Positions 10,227 to 22,019 of a stretch of 64,000 nt of DNA are shown here, piece by piece. Within the stretch, counting starts at the first letter, position 1. The number at the start of each line of letters is the position of its first letter. The DNA is taken from NCBI GenBank assembly GCA_013239625.1, contig MU056029.1, forward strand, positions 1 through 64,000, in the 5' to 3' direction. The notes below the pieces were generated by a model. That model searched no databases, was not told the origin of the DNA, and saw only the letters and a list, made by a program, of their open reading frames with translations. The position numbers and the translations under genes are program-made. The stretch is from Lama guanicoe. Lineage: Eukaryota.

Positions 10227-11560
10227 GCAGAGATACCTACACCCAACAAAATGTTTACAGATCAGTGTTTTTTATCGGCATGGTCCCAGAAAGCACTGTG
10301 GTGTTGGAAAGCTAAGCAGCTCACGTGCATTAGAGGAACTGAATTGCACAGTGTCTACACGTATCTAATTTGGGGATGAAGTTGCTACTCTTTGAGTCAT
10401 CAGCTGGTAGCATAAATATACTCGTAGTAAACAGACCCTGGGGAATTCGCACACGAGTCATGAAAATTCTACAAATGGTTGTCCCTGCACTTGAGCCATT
10501 CACATAGCTGTCTGAGCTGCTGGAAGCTTCTGAATGATGATCGGCCTCTTGAGGACTATTTACAGACGGTCAAACTACAAACTGATTGTGAATCTTTACT
10601 TTTCTCCAGTAAGTGAAACAAATATATGATAATTCAAAAGTAAGTATCATATGTGGAATCCTTGCAATATATTTTAATTTACTTGCCAACCAGTCACTGG
10701 GATTTGAATTACTGGATTTTTTGTTTGTTTGTTTTTCTCATCAACTGAGTGAGCAACACCTGAGTACTGGCTTCAACCACATAACGTATTAAACATTTTC
10801 AGATGTAAAATGATTAAATTTCTAGTTCTTGGCTTTTTTTTTAAACATGGATTTCCGTAACCACTTGTATATACCCTCAATGGACTTCTAATGTGTTAAA
10901 GAAAGATCCTAGTTGAAATGAATAAAGTTATGGAGGATGAAAAAATTTTTCTAAACTAACATGTTCCAAGGAGCAAGCAATTATTGTTCTTGTCATATTG
11001 ATCACCCAGTGAATATCTTTAATGTATTCCTTATAGCAACTTGTTACTAAATATTCCATTAGGAAAGTTTTGTTTGTATACTCCCTAATTTCCTTTGTAC
11101 CTTGTAGATTGAAAGTGATGTTGGAGAGAAGGGATATTTTGCTGCCTGAAATTCTCACTGCCACCCTAAAGTGCCATTTTTTGTCACTTGGACCAGCTTC
11201 TTTCTCTGGGAAAAATCAGAACAATGCACTCCAGAGGTAATTTCCAATTTTAATAAATGTATATTCCTAGATAGTTTATTATTATTTTATTAAGTAATTT
11301 AGAATTGTATTGCTTTTGTGAAGTGTCTGTTAAAACCCAAAGAGTGTGAGGCATTAATAATCTGGTGAGTCATATGAGATACTCCTTTCCTCGAATTTTT
11401 GCACTATCTTCCTTTTGAATAATATCAGAAAGATCTCATTTGAGTGATAAATTAATTTGTATTATATGCATATACATAGTGAACGCTTCTGTCTTATATT
11501 TAGTTGACAAATGGACTCATTCTGCTTGTCATCTTGACACACATTTATTCTTTCCCACAG

Positions 11561-11691
11561 GTTGGCTTGGACCAAAAACTGGGTTTCATATGGATAAGAT
11601 TTATTGCTTCCCCTTGAGATAAGACATACAGGAAAGTGTTGGGAATAATTATTTCTCCCATCCTAAGAGGCCTGTGTTAATTCTCAAAAAG
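11561..11691 (+). ncRNA. SNHG14: Putative SNHG14 host exon, last SNORD116-type unit
   Basis: Acceptor tttattctttcccacAG ends at 11560; donor AAG/gtaagc at 11692. Confidence 0.6.
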
Positions 11692-11924
11692 GTAAGCATT
11701 TTGTCCTAAGAACACTGATATTATCTTAGGGAATTGCAATGCTCCAATGACAATGAGAGTCTGACTAAGTTAGTCAAACATGAAACTGGGTCACTGATTG
11801 TGTTTGCTGGTCTCCATGACATAATGGCATGATTGCTGTGTCCAGTGGTGATGGAATTCTTGGTGTTTAGTATACGTCCTATTTCAGGCTCATAGTTGCT
11901 TTTCTAAACATGCCAGAGCCATTG

Positions 11925-13150
11925 AAAATAGTACAATAGGGGAAAATCTAATACCAAAAAAGGCAGCTAAGAATGAACAGATAAACCAAAAAGGTATAAG
12001 ACATCTAGAAAACATACAGGAAAATAGCAGACATAAATCCAACCACATAATAGTAAATTTAAAAGACAGGAACTAGGGGATTCCATTTTAAAAAATTAAA
12101 GGTATACATTGTTTATGAGAGAGACACTTTAGAACAAAAACACAAACTGTTTGAAAGCAAAAGGATGGGAAAATTATGCCATGCAGATAATACCCAGAAG
12201 AGAGCTGAAGTGGCTATTCCGACATAAGAAAGAATAGTCTTTGGTAAAATGTTACTAGAAGTGAAGAAGGATGTTATGTGATAGAAGGTCTAATTAAACT
12301 GGAATACATAACAGTTATAAACATTGTTACCTAACAACAGGGTCTCAAATTACATAAAGCAAAAACTGAAGTGCTTGAAGGCGTAACTAGCCAACTCAGT
12401 GATGATATCTGGACTCTTCAGTACCCTCGCCTTAACAATTGATAGATCACTGTAGAGAATCAGTGGTTACAGCATACTTGAGCACTCTTATCACCCAGCT
12501 TGATCTGACATATGTAGAATGCTTCACCCAACAACAGCAGGACACAATTTATTTTCAAATACATATGGAATGTTCTCCAGCATAGATCGTATGCTAAGTT
12601 ATAAACATGAAATCAATGAACCTTAGAAGAGACTGAGCTCATGTAGAGTATGTTCTATGACCACAGGAGAATTAAATTAGAAATCAAAACAAATCAATCT
12701 GGGAAATTTCTAAATTTTTGGAAATTAACATATTTTACAAGAATCCATGGATCCAAGAAAATTATAAGAACATGTAGAACTAAGTGGAGATACAACTAAA
12801 GTCATGGCTAGAATGAAACTTATCATTTTAAATTATTATATCAGAAAAGAGGAACTATATCGAATAAGTAATCTAAGCTTCAACCCTAAGAAACAAGAAA
12901 GAGACTAAATTAGAAAATTAAACCCAAATCAAGGAAAAGGAACTAAATAATAAAGGTCTGAGCAAAGGTCAATGACATCAAAATAACATCCCAAATAACT
13001 GCAGGGAAAACCCATGAAACCAAAAGTTAGATTTCTACCGATTAATGAAATTGATGAGACTTTAGTTAGACTGACCAAGAAACAAAGTGAGAAGATGTAA
13101 TCACTAAAATTAGGAGTGAAAGAGGGGGCATCGCTACGGATTCTGTATAT
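11925..13150 (+). mobile_element. Old LINE-1 fragment (inter-ORF region and ORF2 endonuclease region)
   Basis: A-rich strand with decayed L1 EN motifs: gctgaagtggctattccgacataagaaagaatagtc, ggactcttcagtaccctc (GDFNTPL-like), tgaccacaggagaattaaattagaaatc (SDH..IKLEI-like). Confidence 0.85.
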
Positions 13151-15282
13151 TCCATCAGGCAAGCTCTCGTTTATCTCACTGTTTTCTTGAGGGAAGGTGG
13201 TTATGGAGGAAAGCAAGGTTCTAGTTGCCCTTTAAACTCAGTAACATGCCATTGATATTTAGATTCTTATTGTTACCAACACTTACCTCTGTGAAGTTTC
13301 CAGAAGACCTCTTGACAATATACCATCACTCATTCAAATTTATCTGTTGCTAAGCAGTGGTTTGTTTGTTTTCACTTGTCAGTGGTTTAATCTATTTTGG
13401 GAGGACTTGTAATCACATCAAACACATACATTAATAATATGATGAGTCCTCCGTGGTTTCCATTCCTGTAGATTCCAGGATTTTTGACATTTCAGTTCTT
13501 AGCTCAAAGCATGAAGGCATTGGGCATTAAGAGTGCTTGAATAGTTCCTTCCTTTTAGGAATGAAGATGATATTAGGCCAAAATGAGATGTGTGATTGAG
13601 AGAATATCCCTAACACCTCAGCAGTGTGTCCTGTTGACAGAGCATTTGAAGAGAATGGGAAACTGCCCCCCAAACACAGTTCATGACAGACTAGGACACT
13701 CTGCACTCCTTACCCAATTTAGTTATTTTTCTCAAATTAACATACATTTATGATACTTCCATATCTTGGCAATTATAAATAATATTGCTGTTAATAGCAG
13801 GGTGTATGTATCTTTTTGAAATAAACCTTATTTTGTGGTTGGCTTTATTCCTTTGATAACTATGTAAGTTTAAAAAGCTAAAGCTCTAAATGTTCTTAGA
13901 GTGAAACAATGAACAGTACATATATGTAAATTTTAAAAATTTGTGCAGTATATTGTGTATACGTATTTACATGCAATATATTGTATATGTTGCAGTCAAA
14001 TTGTAACAATTCTACCTAATAAAACTGAAAAATGAAAAAAAAAATAACATGCACAGTGCATAGTCGATATCATCCTCCTGGGGCGAAAAATTGGTTCTTG
14101 GGGATCAAAAGAAATCTTAAATACTTCAGTGGTTCATGGTCTGCCAAACAGCCATAGTACATAAGCAGATATACAGCATACCTGTGGGCAGGGTGCAGGG
14201 AGGAATGAAGACTAGGAGGAAATGTCTAAAAAGGATGTCCAGGAAGGACATCCTTTAATGTACTAGTTAAAATTTTACACCTTTACATGAATCTAGTATT
14301 TCAATATGTTTATTGATTGATAAGATAATAGAAGAAAATCTGTAAATACATTTGATTAAATTTGTGATATGGTGTTCTGCAGATGACTTCAGAGAGAGTA
14401 TTAGGGACTTCAAGACAGATACACAGTTTTACATTTGTTCATTGGGTAATCAGCAAAGTTGAGATCAGTAAATCACATGTAAGCCATTTTTCTCTGCATT
14501 TGTGAGAATAATCTGAATACAGTAATCAAGTGTGTTCTTCGTTTTGTCACATCTAGACTATTATAGTTACATTAAGGTTGTTTAAAAATGATGATTTATG
14601 TTAGATGCCTTTGTCAAAATCATAGATAAAAATACTGTATTTATGGATGTCTTTTAGATGAAGAATAGTTAATACACTTCTGATTATTGCACAGGACTGT
14701 ACCTTTTCACTAGAGTATTCTTTAGGGAAAACTTTAGATTATTGTTTGGAAAAAAGTAATTTAGTTCAATCCAATCTTTCTAGGTATTTAGATATCATTG
14801 GCATGCATTTTTTTTTCCCTAAGGATGATCTTTTGAAAATTGGTAAGCTAGAAACAATTTTCTGTTGCCAATGGAATTGTTGGGAGCTTCTGTTGGACTT
14901 CACCAGGTTGTAATACAGAAACCATATTTTCATTGATCTCTACATAATAGTAAAAAAAATTGTCTTATAGCATTTAGTCTTAATGGAATGGGAATATTTT
15001 ATCTTGCTAAAGTAAGTATTGGGTAGCCACTCTCTGAGTCTATTGGAGAACCATGTATGTATGAAGGTTGTGCACATAACACACAAAGAACTTTGCAATG
15101 TCCGACCTTCTCAGTCTGTGTGTAGCACAGAATAACCACACATGATTTTTTTATTGTTAAATTAGGTTACATGCATGTGTGCTTGAGTATAACTTATATA
15201 TACGTGTAGGTGCATTTATATTTATATCTGCATATATTATTTCAAAATTTTTTTTTTCTTCTTTTTTTTTTTTGCCTGTCAG

Positions 15283-15423
15283 GTGATAGAGCCTAGAAGG
15301 AAAGGAAAACTGTCTATGCATTTGCTGAAGCTCTTGAATGTCAGCTCTAGAGAATAAAGTGGCTGCATACTTCTCCATCAGTGTTCTGTCTTCCCACCTG
15401 TGACCTTTTGTACACACCTGCAG
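15283..15423 (+). ncRNA. IPW: Putative IPW/SNHG14 exon
   Basis: Very long polypyrimidine tract followed by gtcAG ending at 15282; donor CAG/gtatgc at 15424; position between the SNORD116 and SNORD115 arrays. Confidence 0.6.
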
Positions 15424-16158
15424 GTATGCTACGTGGGCAGGGAACTGCATGTTTATTAGAGATAGACGTTGATAGATTTTGCTCTTCTTAAGCTTAATGA
15501 CATTTGGTTGTAACTAAATTGCATTAAAAACACACCCAAGAGCCAGATGAGAATGAGAATAATAATGGGAAGTTAGAGTTTGGGCCATAACAGATCTTCC
15601 TAAATGAGAGTCTTTCCTCAACTACTCTATCCTAAAACTAAATCTACCTCTATAAGACCACTTACTAAGTTATTGCTCTGCTCTTTATTTGTACGATTCA
15701 TTCATCAAATGCAGTTTTAATTTCTTATGACCTTGATGTTTTTGAGTTCATTTTTGTGACACAAGCACCTTACGGGTCATCAGGCATACAGTAGGCGCTC
15801 AATAAACTTTTATTGAAAATAGATATATACGTAGATTAGAATGATTTTGTAAATATCCTGGCCAACTAAGCAGAAAAAGTAAACAATAAAAAAATGTAAT
15901 TTTCAGTGGGATCCAGGCCATCCAGTCAGTTTGGAAATGCACAGGAAAAAAGGGCTGTGATGCGAGGTGCTGATGTTGAAATGTGCAGAGTTACGTAGCG
16001 GCTGGCTATAATTCCAGAGCTGTGTAGCAGAGTGGGAACCAGCTTCCAAATGAAATCAATATGGAAGAGTACCAAAGAGTAACTTCCTAGCTTCTAGCTG
16101 AATTTCCTTTCTCATTGGAAGTGGTGTTTCTTTTTTTTTTTCTCCTCCCCCTTATAAG

Positions 16159-16269
16159 ATGACTTCTTGGGAACTCTTTTGGGAATGAATGATACCAGAA
16201 AATCCCTGAAACAAGATTCTTCAGACAGAGCCCTTTGCCTACCTGTTGTCCAAGGGCTGCCCTCTGAAG
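16159..16269 (+). ncRNA. IPW: IPW-orthologous exon
   Basis: Strong acceptor (T-tract, cccccttataAG) and donor AAG/gtaaga. GGGAACTCTTTTGGGAATGAATGATACCA (16169-16197) resembles human IPW sequence as I recall it. Confidence 0.75.
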
Positions 16270-16960
16270 GTAAGATTTTTGTCAGAACAGTCCTTGCTCT
16301 CTAAGCGCAAGTATGTCTAGGTAGAAAAAATAGACGTTAATTTTCTGAAGATTGATGACTTATGGTTACATTCTAATTGACTCCCAGGGCCAAACTGCAT
16401 AATGAGTGAAGAGATACAGTGTTTCTTGCATACCTTCATAGCTTTTCTATATCTCAGTTACTATGTTTACTGTTAATACAAAGGATTTCCTTAACTTTTC
16501 TTATCCAATAAACTAAACTCCTTGGCTGGATCCATTGTGTTACCAGAGAATTATTATGTGTGGGAGATATAGTAGATTCTCAGTAATTATTAGACTGGTG
16601 GGTAGATAAGTAGTTTTGCCTGAAATAATTGATTAAATAAATGAGTGAGCTAGAATTTTAAGGAGCCAAACACAGAGGAGAAAAGACAGATAAAAAATCT
16701 GAGATAGTTGGAGATCTCCATGAATTTTTAGCCAAGTAAAGGAGAAAAAGTATCACAAGTGTTTGGCATCCTTGTTTTTAGGGAGTTTTAAAGTCATTTT
16801 TCTGGCCACAACAGGCACTCAGCTGCTGAAAATGTGGCTCTGGGTATTCTGGGTAGATTTGTCCCAGCACATGTAGAGGAAGAGTGTACAAAGATTTCAC
16901 AGCCCCTTAGAAAAAATGTGTTCCTCACCTTTGTCAATTTTCCCCACTGTGTCCTTGCAG

Positions 16961-17756
16961 GTGATGACCATAAAGACAAGGTGGATTTGTTACTGTGGTT
17001 GCCATTACTTCTGCCACCAGCTTCTCCCAAACAATGCTACAGTCTTCTTTACGCATGGGAACTCTTCTCTCGCCTGTGTTGCAGTGGACACCTCCTGCAG
17101 ATAAGAAATGCTTAACTGAGAAATGCTCATGTTGGGATATCATCGATGAGACTTTAATTTGGGCATGGTGACTGTTTCCCTTGCTTCCACTTGACTCAAT
17201 CCCAGGAGCCTCAGTAGAGGAACTATTATTGCACAAGAAACTCAAAATGATGGAATTTCTCAGTGCTCCCATAAATAAATTTATAATATTCATTTGCCAT
17301 GTGGTAAACTTAAAAAATAAGATCTATTAAATTTTTTTCAAAAATTCAAAGCATATCTAGACATCTAATATATAAATTAAGTGCCCTGCCCTACTCTCTC
17401 CCAATCCTCTCAGAGTTTTCCTCTATTAAGGGAGTTGTGTGCATTCTTTAATTAGATAGATGCGCACACACACACACATGCACACACAAGCAATTTTGGG
17501 GGAGTTCTGAAAGTGGAGCTATATTGTACACATTGAGATTTCCTTTCATTTAACAGTTTTTTCAATGCCCTTTTTCTGTTTCAATAATACATATCTGTGT
17601 CATTTGTTGAATGACTGCATGACTGTTCTGTATATGAAAAATAATTAAATGTTTAAGCATTTCTCATTCATATATATTTATGTTAGCACCAAATTTCTGC
17701 GCAATGAACTTCCCTATATATCAATTATTTGCATTTGTCTATTATATCATAATAAA
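16961..17756 (+). ncRNA. IPW: IPW-orthologous terminal exon (3' end uncertain)
   Basis: Acceptor ttttccccactgtgtccttgcAG ends at 16960. Segments at ~17043-17063 and 17689-17714 resemble recalled human IPW. AATAAA at 17274 and 17751. Confidence 0.55.
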
Positions 17757-18900
17757 TTACTTAGCAGTTGAAATACTGGGATTAAGTATATGCACATTTC
17801 AAACTTTGAAAATGATCACAAGATTTCCTTAAAAATGTGGTAACAACTTTATCCTCAAATGGCAATGAATAAGATTGCCAGCTTTCCCACAACCTCCCAG
17901 ATAATGAATTTTATGAATATTTAAAATCTTTGCCAGTGTGATAGCCCAAACTATTGTCTTAAATTGTATTTCTTTTGTTTTTTGAGTTTGATCATTTTTT
18001 TCATATGTTTATTAGCCATCTGTATTTTTTAATTTTCTCTTTATGTCCAATTTTGGGGGTAGGGGGATGTTTTGGTCTCTTCCTGATTTCAAAGAGCTCA
18101 TTTATATTGGGGGAATAAGCTTTGGAATGTCAAGCATTACAGATATTTTTTACACACTTTTAAACTTCATTTTTGTTATAAGAATGTGTATGATTGTTAT
18201 ATGTCTGAGTATAACCATGTTCGCTTCTATGGCTTCTGAGTTTCATGTCATTTTGGAAAGATATTTTTACTGATCCCATAAAACTCTTCACCTATGTTAA
18301 CTTCTAATTCTTTTGTCCTTTTTAAATTCAAATTCTTAAGTCATGGGAAATTTTTTTTTAATTTGAAATCTTAAAGTTGTCCAGTTATTTACCATTACTT
18401 GCGATTATTTGCCAATAATTGCCCATTTATCTGTAATGCCATCTTGCATATATGCTGTACCCTCATTTGTGACTGGCTCCATTTTTGTTCTGTGGATCTG
18501 TGTGTCTCTTCTGCCTCCTGTCTCATGTGTCTTCTTGTTGGAAGAAATTACAGTTTACACTGCAATTTCATCAATTTTAATAAATTAATTTAGGCGAGAA
18601 TTGTTTTTTAATAATATGTCTTCCTATCCAAGAACAAGGTACGTCTTCCTTTTTATTCAATAATTTTAATTAGTGTTAATATTTTTACTTTGGGTGGGGC
18701 TATCTTCTTTCAGTTTATTTTCTTACTTGATAATTTTTCTGTATCTGAAAGCTTTATTTTGTTTTTGGGGGGTAAATGGTCTCCTTACTCTTTCTCATGG
18801 CTTTTCAGATTTTTTTTTTTCAAATTGTATACTAAATCCTTTGCAAATACTAATAATTGGGATTTTTCCCTTCCAAATGATCTGGTAGCTATATTGATAA
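17500..18900 (-). mobile_element. Highly decayed LINE-1 fragments
   Basis: T-rich strand with antisense L1 ORF2/3' motifs (tttgatcattttttcatatgtttattagccatctgtatttt; tcttcctatccaagaacaaggta). Confidence 0.65.
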
Positions 18901-20837
18901 AATTCACTGACTGGTACTTTCAGAACATTTAAACAATTGTGGAAATACCACCCACCCTTGATTTAATAAGGTTTTAAAGGATACTTCTTGTGTTTGGCCA
19001 GCATGTTGCTGCTGGTCTACTGCCCCAAAAGACTCTCAGAAACACCCATGATCAAGCAAAACTGAATGTATTAAACCTACTGCAGCAAGGGAAAGCACCA
19101 TTTTGACGAAGCTTAGCAGCATTTCAAAAGCAGATAATTGGAGTTTGGGGGGGATAGGCTGATGTGGTTTAAGGCAGGATTTTCAAGACAGGGAACAGGT
19201 TACAAGAGGGAAAAATTTGTCATGCAGTAGTTTAAAGTTGGTGAAAGAGTAAGATGAGGACCTTGATGTGAGTTTAGACAAATTTTTGTCTGATGAATGA
19301 GCTATTTCCCTATACAAGTAAGATGTTATCAATGATGGAAGAGTTATTTGCTTAGATGAGCAAACTGAAATTATTTATTGGTTTACAGGTCTATCTTGTT
19401 TATAGGAACCCTGCTGAGGGTGGTTCAGGTCTTGGTTCCTGCAGGTAAGTTATTTTGTTGTAGGTGGTCTCAGCCATCAAAGTAAGATGCTAATTTTAAA
19501 TTTGAGATATTTTTGTATATCATGTTAGGAAAAGTCCCTCACCTTTTATTTTGTTTGTTTATTTGTGTCTAAGGAATTTTAATCAAAGCCAAGTGGTGGG
19601 GGTAGTCAAATGCTTTTTGTATAAACAAGTATATTATTCTTTAAGTAAACTTTTATCATTGTGAAGTAATTCATTTTTTAGTATTGAAATTTCCTTTTAT
19701 TGTTCATTCAACAAACTATTTTTGGTTCAAATAATTATACTTTAAAAGTTTACTACTGGATTATGAGTATCTTAATTTGATTTGGAATTTCTTCAAGTTA
19801 CTATTAAATGAAAGGGATCGGTAATTTACTTTTTTGTTCTATTTTTGTCATGTTTGGATATTATATTTTATGGTTGTGTTAAAATAATTTTAAGGGTTTT
19901 CTTTTTGCTTTGTGTTCTAGAATGGGTTGAAAAGCTTTAGTGTTAATATCAACAGTTAACTGAGCACATCATTTACCTCTTCTGAACTGTTTTTGGTGGT
20001 TTGGAGTAGAACTGAAGTTAACTATCTGGAAAATATTCTCACTTTTTCCTATGGTTCTTTCTTATTTTTCATTGCTTTATAGCTTTTATTTAACTTGTTT
20101 TCTACTAGAAAATCACAATCCAAGCAGATTTTCAGATATAATAGGATGAATTAATACAAAGTGTTCCTTCATCACTCTACTGAATTCTCTGGTCTCAGTA
20201 TTCATTTTCATTCCAGTTTTGGTTATTTCTGCTACATCTTTTTTAATGAAATAAGTTTGACTCATGAATTTTTAGCATCGCTAGCTCTCTGTTTCCCTCT
20301 CCCCTAATCAGCTCTTTGGTATAATTTATCAGTGTGTTTTTTTTAATGTTATAATTTATTTATATATGTTTCTGTATTCCATTGTGTTTTTTTCTAATAA
20401 ATTCTTAAACATGTGTAATCCACTGATATTCCCTTGTTCTTGGTAATGAAAGATTTTCTCTGTTCTGAATTTTATAAAGTTTCATTATTGACACATTTTA
20501 AACTTACAGAGTATGAGGAGAAAACTTGCAAATACCAGGAACCCAGGTTCCACTATTACGAACATTTTGCCATGTTCACTTCATGGTATTTTTAAAGTAT
20601 TTTTAAATAAGTAGAGAAATCATAACACTGCTTTTCCCTCAGAAGCATTTTTTAAATTTTTTTTAAATCATAATATATGTTAACAGAATTCAAAATTTGC
20701 AGAGGGATTTTCAGTGAAAAGTAATTCATTTATCTTTTCAATCCAGTCTTCCATTACCACCCAATTTCCCTTTCCTGGAGACTAGTGTTACAGTTTCTTG
20801 TTTTTCCTTTCAGACATACACATATGCACACATACAC

Positions 20838-20921
20838 TACACACATCGCATAGGCACATCCCAAAATGTATGTGAGTATAACACACATCATATATACACA
20901 TCCCAAAATGTATGTGAGTAT
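20838..20921. repeat. 42-bp tandem duplication in CA/TA-rich sequence
   Basis: CACATCCCAAAATGTATGTGAGTAT at 20855 and 20897. Confidence 0.85.
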
Positions 20922-21059
20922 GTACATAGATACACACACACATACTTTTATAATGTTCTGTACTTCCTTTTATTTTATATACATGTAACATATAAATATT
21001 TTAATATTTCTAGAATATCATCTTAGTAATGAGGAGCTTCCTTATTATTTTTAATATTT

Positions 21060-21790
21060 ATACTTTTACACAGGTAAAATTTACATAGTTAAATGCATAG
21101 ACCTTAATTGTGTAATTCAATGAGTTTTCTTAAAAGTATATACCCATGTAACTATTGCCTTATTCAGGAAGTATAATTTCATTTTTTATTACTTGAGAAC
21201 CTCCCCTACTGTCTCCTTCCAGAGAAGCCCAACTCTGATAGGAAACCATGATCTGATTTCTATCATCATAGATTAATTTTGCCTTTTCTTGCAATTGATT
21301 AATTGGAACCACACAGTGTGTCTGACTTTTTCCACTCATCATCATGATATTGTGATTTATCCACATTATTCCCATACCAGTAAGTTAAAAATATTTTTTT
21401 CTTTTTAATTGTAGAGTAACATTCCATTGAAAGTACATATTATAATTTGTTTATCCATTCTTCTGTTGATGGACATGTGAGTTTTTTCCAGTTTTTAACT
21501 ATTTTTAATATGTTAGTAAATCTCTTATGCAATTACCTCAAAATGATTATTTGCTTAATTATAAGATATTTTGATTAACTTTGTAAGAAACTGTCAAGAA
21601 GTCTTTCAAAGAAATAGAAACTTTTCACACTCTCCACAGTGGCATATAATATTTTAATTACTATCCATCATGACCAACATTTGAAATTGTCATTTTTTTA
21701 AATTTTATTCACTTGAGTGGGTATGAGGGGTTAAAATCTTATTGTGACTTCAGTTTATAGTTTGGTATTTAAGAAGACAAAATAATTTTC
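21060..21790 (-). mobile_element. Old LINE-1 3' region fragment
   Basis: ttgtttatccattcttctgttgatggacatgtgagttttttccagttttt and a typical antisense L1 3' end at ~21070. Confidence 0.7.
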
Positions 21791-21805
21791 ATAAGGTTAG
21801 CTGCC

Positions 21806-21972
21806 GGGGGGAGGGTATAGCTCAGTGGTAGAGCACACACCTAACATATACAAGATCCTGGGTTCAACCCCCAGTGCCTCCATTAAAATAGACAAATAAG
21901 CCTAATTACCTCCCCCCCATGTCTATAAGTAATAAAGGTAGTTTTCATTAAAAAATAATAAGTTTTTGAAAA
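21806..21972 (+). mobile_element. tRNA-derived SINE (camelid type) with target-site duplication
   Basis: GGGGGGAGGGTATAGCTCAGTGGTAGAGC (A box) ... GGTTCAACCCCCAGT (B box), A-rich tail; TSD GTTAGCTGCC at 21796-21805 and 21973-21982. Confidence 0.92.
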
Positions 21973-22019
21973 GTTAGCTGCCTGTTACAAATCTTTGGTA
22001 AAGTTTGTTTAATTTTCCC

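Noticed and set aside
13439..13490. ATGATGAGTCCTCC...CATTCCTG, faintly like a SNORD116 5' half
   Set aside because: No D' or D box, no stem, and no unit-type flanks; probably chance.
14588..14683. ATGATGA ... CTGA about 95 nt apart (novel C/D snoRNA?)
   Set aside because: No convincing terminal stem or internal boxes; expected by chance in AT-rich DNA. The same applies to RTGATGA hits near 31462, 53326, 57008 and 57580.
21806..21880. tRNA-like sequence with A and B boxes
   Set aside because: SINE head with tail and TSD; no intact cloverleaf.
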